A stretch of 64,000 nt of DNA from an uncultured Spirochaetota bacterium (GTDB taxonomy: Bacteria > Spirochaetota > Spirochaetia > SZUA-6 > Fen-1364), in the NCBI GenBank assembly GCA_963845535.1, contig CAWJSK010000015.1, positions 128,001 to 192,000 of the forward strand, read 5' to 3'. A program made the position numbers and the translations under genes. This document shows, one piece after another, positions 57,548 through 64,000 of the stretch (position 1 is its first letter; each line of letters opens with the position of its first letter). The notes below the pieces were generated by a model. It had not been told where the DNA came from. It ran no database searches and was given only the letters and a program-made list of their open reading frames with translations.

Positions 57548-58440
57548 CCCTGAAAGACCTTGTGCCCCGCAGGGATGGCTTCCGGTACAACTTCGCCTTC
57601 ATCGACGAAGGCGTGAAGAAGGAAGTGCGGAGATCGCTCTTGAAGGCCGTAGCGCTGCCGGGCCACCAGGTGCCTTTCGCGTCTCCCGAGCTTCCCATTG
57701 CCCGCGGGTGGGGGACCGGGGGCCTTCAGGTCACCATGTCGATCATTGGCCCGAACGACGTGCTGAAAATCATCGACCAGGGCTGCGACGGCAGCGTGAA
57801 CGCGGTGAACCTGCGCAAGCTGCTGGTGGCCACCACCGGCGTGCGCACCACCTTCGACTCCCGTGAGGCCACCATCCTGCAGTCCCGTCACAGGCTGCCG
57901 GAGATCCCCCTTCGGGCGGACCAGATTGCCGTGCTGCAGGTCCCGCTTCCCGAGCCCCTCCGCCTGGTCGAGCCCAGCGAGGTGGAGACGCGCCGGATGC
58001 ATTCCGAGGGTGATTATGCGCGAATGTGGGTGTCGCTCTATGAGGACGTTGTCCAGAACGGCTCCATCTCTCTGACGTCCGGCTATCCGGTCCGCGTCAA
58101 CGACAGCTACATCATGTCTCCTTCCCCTCTCCCTCGGTGGGACCTTCCCCTGCTTCACGGCTCTGAGCATCTGACCCTCCTCGGCGCAGGGCGCGAAAAG
58201 CGGGTCTACGCCGTGCCGCCGCACACCTCCGTTCAACCCCTGGAGTTCGAGGACATGCCCTTCACGGTGGAGAACTTTTCCGGCATGACCTGCGCGCGCT
58301 GCGGCTCAAGCGGAACCTTCCTTGACGAGATCTATGATGAGAGGACCGGCCAGGCGTCACGCGTCTGTTCGGACTCCGGGTTCTGCGACCTGGTCCGGGA
58401 GGGGGCAATCCCCCGACGGGGGAGGCGCGCCCATGGGTGA
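57544..58440 (+). CDS. phnJ: C-P lyase PhnJ (radical SAM-like)
   Basis: GWGTGG, KIIDQG and GAGREKR; CX2CX21C followed by SDSGFC. Confidence 0.97.
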   Translation: MTLKDLVPRRDGFRYNFAFIDEGVKKEVRRSLLKAVALPGHQVPFASPELPIARGWGTGGLQVTMSIIGPNDVLKIIDQGCDGSVNAVNLRKLLVATTGVRTTFDSREATILQSRHRLPEIPLRADQIAVLQVPLPEPLRLVEPSEVETRRMHSEGDYARMWVSLYEDVVQNGSISLTSGYPVRVNDSYIMSPSPLPRWDLPLLHGSEHLTLLGAGREKRVYAVPPHTSVQPLEFEDMPFTVENFSGMTCARCGSSGTFLDEIYDERTGQASRVCSDSGFCDLVREGAIPRRGRRAHG

Positions 58441-59270
58441 CCACGTCCTTCTCAGCGTCCGGGACCTCGAGAAAGCGCTACGGCCCGGGATGCGAGTCCT
58501 GCGGCACGCTCACGGGTCCGGAGCATTCGACGAACCTGTGCCCGCGGTGCGGCTCCGTGGCCGCCGTCAACGGCGTCAGTTTCGAGCTGAAGGAAGGGGA
58601 GATCCTTGGCGTCGTCGGGGAAAGCGGGTCGGGCAAGAGCACGCTCGTCCAGTGCATCTACTTCGACCAGGACGCCACCCAGGGGGAGATCCGCGTCAAC
58701 GGGCATGGCAGCGGAGGCAACATCCTGGGGCTGCCTCGCAGCGAGAAGCGGAAGCTGCGCGGCCGGCTCATGGGCATGGTGTATCAGAACCCGCTGCGCG
58801 GCTTGCGCATGGACATCACGAGCGGCGCCAACGTGGCGGAAAAGCTTCTGGAGGCCGACGTCTTCCATTTTGCTCGCATCCGGGAAAGGGCATCGGCGCT
58901 CCTTGCCCGCACGGAGATCCCCGAGCCGTACATTGATCGTTTCCCCAAGTCCCTTTCCGGCGGCATGCAGCAGCGGATCCAGATTGCAAAGGCGCTTGCG
59001 AACAACCCGCCGCTCATCCTCCTGGACGAGGTGACCTCGGGTCTGGACGTCAGCGTGCAGGCCCGGGTGCTGGATCTCATCCGCGAGCTTCAACGCGAGC
59101 TGGGGATTTCGATGATCGTGGTGTCCCACGACATGGGAGTGATCCGGCTCCTCGCGGACCGCACGCTTGTCATGAAAGACGGGTGCGTGGTGGAGCAGGG
59201 GCTCACGGACCAGGTGCTCGAGGACCCGCAGCATTCCTATACGCAACTTCTCGTGCACTCCGCCTTGTAA
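58433..59270 (+). CDS. phnK: C-P lyase ATPase PhnK; frameshift near 58472
   Basis: MGDHVLLSVRDLEK joins RYGPG after removing one A. GESGSGKST, SGGMQQR, LDEVT, GLDVSVQARVLD and DPQHSYTQLLV follow. Confidence 0.92.
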
Positions 59271-59321
59271 AGGGCGCGGCCTGAGCGCGGAGAGGACGGC
59301 CATGAAAGTGAGATACGGACC

Positions 59322-60020
59322 ATGATGCGATGCGAAGCGCTTTCCAAGACCTTCCTCATGCACGCGCGTGACGAGATGAGGATCCCCTCCTTCACGGATA
59401 TGAGCTTTCGCGTATCCCAGGGGGAGTTCCTCGGCATCAGCGGCCCCAGCGGAGCCGGCAAGTCCTCGCTCCTGAAGTGCCTCTACAGGACGTACCTCCC
59501 CACCACGGGCGCAATCTGGTACACCGACGCCGCCGCGGAGACCCGGGACCTCGCTGCCGCTGACGAGCACGCCATCCTGCGGCTCCGCCGCCACGAAATC
59601 GGGTACATTTCCCAGTTCTTCCCCGTAATTCCCCGCGTGTCGGCGCTGGACACCATTGCGGACAGCATGGTTGCGAGGGGTTTTGCCAGGGAGGCAAGCC
59701 TCCTGCGGGCGCGGGAGCTTCTGGACCGCCTTGGCATCCCGCGCTCCCTCTGGGGCCTGTCTCCGTCCACGTTCTCCGGGGGAGAGAAGCAGAGGATCAA
59801 CATCATCCACGCGGTGGCTGCCCGGCCCCGCCTGCTTCTCCTGGACGAGCCCACCGCCTCACTCGATGCTGCTGCGGCCGCTGAGGTTGTTTCAATCATC
59901 AAGGAGCTGAAAGAGGAGGGGACTGCGATGATAGGTATTTTCCACGATAGGGCTCTCCTCATGAGCCTTTCCGATCAGGTCATCGAAATGACGCCCATTC
60001 CCGTGGGGGGAGTGGCATGA
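59322..60020 (+). CDS. phnL: C-P lyase ATPase PhnL
   Basis: LSKTFLMH, GPSGAGKSS, TFSGGEKQR, LDEPTASLD and GIFHD. The RBS-linked ATG at 59302 is out of frame (possible indel). Confidence 0.94.
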   Translation: MMRCEALSKTFLMHARDEMRIPSFTDMSFRVSQGEFLGISGPSGAGKSSLLKCLYRTYLPTTGAIWYTDAAAETRDLAAADEHAILRLRRHEIGYISQFFPVIPRVSALDTIADSMVARGFAREASLLRARELLDRLGIPRSLWGLSPSTFSGGEKQRINIIHAVAARPRLLLLDEPTASLDAAAAAEVVSIIKELKEEGTAMIGIFHDRALLMSLSDQVIEMTPIPVGGVA

Positions 60021-61276
60021 AGGACGCCGTCGTGAGGGACACCGTTTTCACGGACGTGCGTATTGTGACTCCCGATGACGTGCTCGAGCGCGGCACGGTG
60101 GTCATTCGGGACGGAAGGATCATCTCCCTCGAAGGCGGGGGCCGGCGCGCATCCGTGCCGGCCGGAGCGACGGTTGTCGAGGGCCAGGACAGGCTCCTGA
60201 TGCCCGGGTTCGTCGACCTCCATAACGACGGGATCGAGCAGGAGATAGAGCCCCGGCCGCGCGCCGTCTTTCCCCTGGCCGTCGCTCTCCCGTCCCTGGA
60301 GAGCCAGCTCGTCAGTCACGGCATAACGACGATCTTCCACTCCTTTTCCTTCATGGATGGGCGGGAAGGGACGCTTCATCCCGACGTGCTGGAGCCCACG
60401 GTGCGGGAGCTGAACGCCCTGCGCCGCTCCGGGGTGATCCGGCACCTCGTGCACGCCCGCTATGAGATGGTGGAGGTTCATCACTACGAACGGTTTCGCC
60501 GCCTCATTGATGAGCGCCTCGTCAACCTCGTGTCCTTCATGGATCACACCCCCGGGCAGGGGCAGTATCGCAACCCCGAATACCTCGTGAACTACTACAT
60601 CCGCAAGTACAACACCCCGATGAGCGAGATCCAGGCCATCCTCAAGGAACGGGAGCAGAAGGCCCGCAACCCCGAGGTGGGAGAGGTGCTTCGCAAGCTT
60701 TCGGCCTACGCCCGGGATGCCGGGCTGCCCTTGGCGTCCCACGACGATGATACCGCGGAAAAAGTGGCGCGCATGGGCCGGCTGGGGATCACGATCAGCG
60801 AGTTTCCCGTCGAGATGGCGGCCGCCGAGGCCGCAGCCCAGAGCGGGATGCACGTGGCGGTCGGCGCGCCGAACGTGCTGCGGGGGAAATCCACCTCGAA
60901 CAACTTGAGCGCGCTGGAAGCCATCATGAGCAACGCCGTTGACATCCTCTGCTCGGACTACTACAGCCCCGCGCTGCTCCACGCGGTGTTCCGTCTCTTT
61001 CGGGAGGGCCGCCTTTCGCTGCCGAAAGCGGTGCGTATGGTAAGCGCCAACCCGGCCCGCGCCGCCGGTCTGCACGCGGAGCTTGGCTCGATCGAGGTGG
61101 GAAAGCGCGCGGACCTGATCATGGTCAGCGACTCTGCTGACCTTCCCTCCGTGGTCGGCGCATGGGTCGGAGGGCGGCCCGTTTTCGAGAAGCATGACAG
61201 CGCCTTGAACCCGCTGGGAGACCGCTGGGCCCAGGAAGTCTCCTCCTTCCAAGGGGAGGCAGCGCATGCTCTATGA
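60017..61276 (+). CDS. phnM: alpha-D-ribose 1-methylphosphonate 5-triphosphate diphosphatase
   Basis: PGFVDLHND, FMDHTPGQGQY, ASHDD, SEFP, GAPNVLRG and CSDY. Confidence 0.96.
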   Translation: MKDAVVRDTVFTDVRIVTPDDVLERGTVVIRDGRIISLEGGGRRASVPAGATVVEGQDRLLMPGFVDLHNDGIEQEIEPRPRAVFPLAVALPSLESQLVSHGITTIFHSFSFMDGREGTLHPDVLEPTVRELNALRRSGVIRHLVHARYEMVEVHHYERFRRLIDERLVNLVSFMDHTPGQGQYRNPEYLVNYYIRKYNTPMSEIQAILKEREQKARNPEVGEVLRKLSAYARDAGLPLASHDDDTAEKVARMGRLGITISEFPVEMAAAEAAAQSGMHVAVGAPNVLRGKSTSNNLSALEAIMSNAVDILCSDYYSPALLHAVFRLFREGRLSLPKAVRMVSANPARAAGLHAELGSIEVGKRADLIMVSDSADLPSVVGAWVGGRPVFEKHDSALNPLGDRWAQEVSSFQGEAAHAL

Positions 61277-61925
61277 CATCGACATCCGCCCGGAAAACAG
61301 CCGTGACGGTCAGGTCGCGCGGCTTTCCGAAGCTCCCCTTGTCCACGAGGGGGCGCGCATCGAGAAAAGCCGCATCGGATCATGGACGGAAATCGGCAGG
61401 GACAGCCTCATCGTCGAATCGACCATCGGCGACTATTCGTATGACGATGGCGACGTTTCCATCTACTACGCGGAGATCGGAAAGTTCTGCTCCATCGCAA
61501 ACAGGGTGCGCATCAACCCCGGCAACCATCCCCGGGACCGCGTCACCCAGCACCACATGACCTACCGAAGACGACAGTTCGGCTTGGACGCGTCCGACGA
61601 CGAGGAGTTCTTCGACTGGCGCCGGGCACGCCCCTGCGTCATCGGGCATGACGTGTGGATCGGGCACGCAGCCGTGATCCTCCCCGGGGTGCGCATCGGC
61701 ACCGGCGCGGTGGTCGGCGCGGCAGCGGTGGTGACCAAGGACGTGGAGCCATTCCAGGTCGTCGTGGGAGTGCCGGCGCGGCCCGTGAGGAAACGGTTCC
61801 CCGAGGACGTCATTGCCTGCATCCTTCGAAGCGAATGGTGGAACTGGGACCGGGCGGAGCTGGAGGAGCGCTGGCGGGACCTGTGCTCGGTGGAGGCGTT
61901 TGCGGAGAAGTACTGTGCCCGCTGA
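61266..61925 (+). CDS. hexapeptide-repeat (CAT/Vat-like) acetyltransferase of phosphonate clusters
   Basis: IGKFCSIA..VRINPGNHP, HHMTYR, IGHDVWIGH and WWNW. Confidence 0.9.
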   Translation: MLYDIDIRPENSRDGQVARLSEAPLVHEGARIEKSRIGSWTEIGRDSLIVESTIGDYSYDDGDVSIYYAEIGKFCSIANRVRINPGNHPRDRVTQHHMTYRRRQFGLDASDDEEFFDWRRARPCVIGHDVWIGHAAVILPGVRIGTGAVVGAAAVVTKDVEPFQVVVGVPARPVRKRFPEDVIACILRSEWWNWDRAELEERWRDLCSVEAFAEKYCAR

Positions 61926-62778
61926 AGTTGGCGCCAGCGTCGGCCGGGAAGCAAGCGTCTCCGCGATGCGAAGCGTGGCTATCGATGCGGCAACCGCCGC
62001 GGGCGAGCTGATCCGAGGCGGCTACCGTACCGCGCTGCAGGTGGACTCCGTGGAGGCGCATGACCTGAAGCTGCGCCTCGACCGCGCGTGCGAGGAGAGC
62101 ATCGTTGCGATCATTCGCAGCCGCTTTCCGGCCCACGGCATTTTGTCCGAGGAAATGGGGTACGCGCCAGGGGCTGATCCGTACCTCTGGATCGTGGATC
62201 CGCTGGACGGGACGGTAAACTTCTTTCACGGCATCCCGTTCTTCTGCACCTGCGTGTCCTGCCACGGGATACACGGACTGCCCGAGGGGAACGGATCAGT
62301 CAGCCATCCCCGGCTCCCTGACGGGCGGATCATCGGCGCCGCGGCAGCCGCGGTCATTTATGTCCCCTTGGGTAAGGAGCTTTTCGTCGCGACGCCGCGC
62401 GGCGGTGCATTCATGAACGGGACGAAGCTCCTCGTGACGCCTCTTTCCAGTCTTTCCGAGGCCATCGTTTCACTCTCCTTCAGCGCTCGGGACGGGAGCG
62501 CCGCGTACATGAGCAGGCTGCTGCCCTCCATGATCGAGCGCGCCCAGAAAGTGCGAAGCCTGGGCAGCACGGCGCTGGACATCGTGAACGTCGCGGCGGG
62601 CAGGACCGGAGCTTTTGTCCAGAGGGGGACGAACCTCTGGGATTTCGCCGCCGCCGCCGCCATCTTGAGCGAAGCAGGGGGCATCGTGGACGCGGAGGAG
62701 ATTGCTCCGGGGCGCTGGAAAATAGTCGCGGCCAACCCCGGCGTGTTCTCCGAGGTCCGCGCGCTGGCCGCGGGATGA
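61915..62778 (+). CDS. inositol monophosphatase-family phosphatase
   Basis: ILSEE, WIVDPLDGTVNF, RSLGS.ALD and WDFAAA; GGAGAAG RBS before GTG 61915. Confidence 0.9.
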   Translation: MPAEVGASVGREASVSAMRSVAIDAATAAGELIRGGYRTALQVDSVEAHDLKLRLDRACEESIVAIIRSRFPAHGILSEEMGYAPGADPYLWIVDPLDGTVNFFHGIPFFCTCVSCHGIHGLPEGNGSVSHPRLPDGRIIGAAAAAVIYVPLGKELFVATPRGGAFMNGTKLLVTPLSSLSEAIVSLSFSARDGSAAYMSRLLPSMIERAQKVRSLGSTALDIVNVAAGRTGAFVQRGTNLWDFAAAAAILSEAGGIVDAEEIAPGRWKIVAANPGVFSEVRALAAG

Positions 62779-63347
62779 GTGATTCCATCAGGTTCATCGT
62801 TATTACTGTCCTTCCGGAGGAGAGAGCGCGCGAGCTCGACGCGGCGCGACGCCGCGTCTGCGGGATTGGAGGCTCGCGAGCTGCCCTTGCCTATCCGCCG
62901 CACGTCACGCTGCGAACGGGGGCGCTCGTGCCGCGGGAGTCCGTCGACACCTTCCTGAAGGAGTTTGGGGAGACCGTTGGGGCCTGGGGGCCGTTCCCCA
63001 TGACAACCGAAGGGCTCTTCGTCACGAGCTATCAGGACGAGGAGAGGCTGAAACACCTTGTTGGCTACAAAGTCCGAAAGGACCCCGCGCTCGCGAGCCT
63101 GAACGAGCGGTTGCTGCGCTACGAGAAATGGCGCTCGAGCAACAGGCTCACCTTCGTGCCTCACCTTACGCTGGCTTTCGATGACCTGACAGAAGCGGGC
63201 ATGCACAGGGTTCGGCTCTGGCTCGACGAAAACCCGAACGGGCTCCCCGCCCGGTTCCAGTGGTTCTGCGACAACGTGGGCCTCTACTGGCGCCAGGGCG
63301 ACTCCTGGACCCTCCACACGGAGTGGAGGGCGGGGACCTCGGCGTAG
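62775..63347 (+). CDS. 2H phosphoesterase (LigT / 2'-5' RNA ligase family)
   Basis: Two HxT motifs, YPPHVTL and FVPHLTL; ATGA overlap with the IMPase stop. Confidence 0.88.
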   Translation: MSDSIRFIVITVLPEERARELDAARRRVCGIGGSRAALAYPPHVTLRTGALVPRESVDTFLKEFGETVGAWGPFPMTTEGLFVTSYQDEERLKHLVGYKVRKDPALASLNERLLRYEKWRSSNRLTFVPHLTLAFDDLTEAGMHRVRLWLDENPNGLPARFQWFCDNVGLYWRQGDSWTLHTEWRAGTSA

Positions 63348-63381
63348 TCCAATGCGTCCCCGCCGTACGGATTCGCGATAG

Positions 63382-63398
63382 CTTAACAAACGCTTAAT
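63382..63398 (+). promoter_or_regulatory. Pho-box-like repeat upstream of phnD
   Basis: CTTAAC (63382) and CTTAAT (63393), 11 nt apart; same motif as upstream of phnG. Confidence 0.7.
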
Positions 63399-63497
63399 CC
63401 CGGCAAAACAAATCAGGACCAGAATGGACGCCGTGAGACTTGGAAATCGCGGTGACGCGGATTTCGCGTCTGCCGCCTGATCGAAAGGAGCATTTGC

Positions 63498-64000
63498 ATG
63501 AAGAGAGTACCGTTGCTTTTTGTGGGCGTGGTTCTGGTGTCCTTGTCCCTGTTGGCAGGATGCGCGCCGGCGGGCAAGCCGATAACGATCGCCTGGCTTC
63601 CCAACAACTCCGGCGACAATGAAAAGGCATTCCGCGCCGAGTTCGAGAAGGTGATCGCGGACGCCACCGGAAGGAAGATTGAAGAGAAGCTGACGACGGA
63701 CTACAACATCGCCATCGCCGCCCTGGATTCGGGGGACGCGCAGCTGGGATGGTTCGGGCCCTTCGAGTACATGACCGGCCACGCAAAGAATCCTCACGTC
63801 CTTCCCCTCGTCGTGGAGAGCGGAGATTCAGGAACCCTTCAGGATTCCCTTTACCACAGCCGGCTCCTCGTGAAGAAGGGCAACGAAGCCCAGTACAAGA
63901 CCGGGAATGCGTTCTCCATCGACAAGATCGTCGGGAAGAAGATATCCTTCGTTTCCACCAGCTCGACCTCGGGGTTCAATATGCCATCCGCGGCCATCAT
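63498..64000 (+). CDS. phnD: phosphate/phosphite/phosphonate ABC transporter substrate-binding lipoprotein (3' partial)
   Basis: Translated by hand: MKRVPLLF...LAGC lipobox, TTDYNIAI, GWFGPFEY, YHS and SSTSGF; AAGGAG RBS. Confidence 0.9.
   Translation, partial: MKRVPLLFVGVVLVSLSLLAGCAPAGKPITIAWLPNNSGDNEKAFRAEFEKVIADATGRKIEEKLTTDYNIAIAALDSGDAQLGWFGPFEYMTGHAKNPHVLPLVVESGDSGTLQDSLYHSRLLVKKGNEAQYKTGNAFSIDKIVGKKISFVSTSSTSGFNMPSAAI

Noticed and set aside
1..64000. Many long antisense or alternate-frame ORFs (e.g. 197-1162, 7497-8747, 58452-59810, 62358-63797), and rRNA/tRNA/IS elements
   Set aside because: The ORFs are shadows of recognisable genes in high-GC DNA; no RNA-gene or transposase signature was seen.

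Overview
GC-rich, gene-dense bacterial chromosome segment, probably from a Spirochaetia-like organism. The taxon is inferred from the 'WAGGQGE' solute-binding signal peptide and the Tex C-terminus, not from a marker gene. About ten single-base frameshifts interrupt otherwise intact genes, which suggests an unpolished long-read assembly. No rRNA, tRNA, CRISPR array or transposase was seen. Contents in order: a GH65/beta-phosphoglucomutase fusion, hemerythrin, mgsA and a KamA-type radical SAM gene; a six-gene minus-strand signalling operon (4326-10889); a TPR lipoprotein, GAF/HD-GYP and HtrA; a MarR/ABC-2 exporter and UbiA; an NYN nuclease with a structured leader RNA; Tex; polyol/sugar-acid catabolic genes interrupted by an AT-richer block; an RsbRST(X) stressosome module with an orphan OmpR regulator; a GH27/GH38 sugar ABC locus; a cadherin-like lipoprotein; and a C-P lyase operon (phnGHIJKLM...phnD) with Pho-box-like repeats. 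The best candidate for an undescribed system is the 4326-10889 operon. It joins a PhcB-like signal methyltransferase and a PhcS-like membrane sensor carrying a PP2C phosphatase (rather than a His kinase) to a SiaB/SiaC-like partner switch, a PAS-GGDEF-EAL enzyme and a PilZ protein. The second candidate is a 2H phosphoesterase plus an IMPase-family phosphatase that appear to replace PhnP/PhnN in the phn operon. All family calls come from motif recognition by eye; no searches were run.
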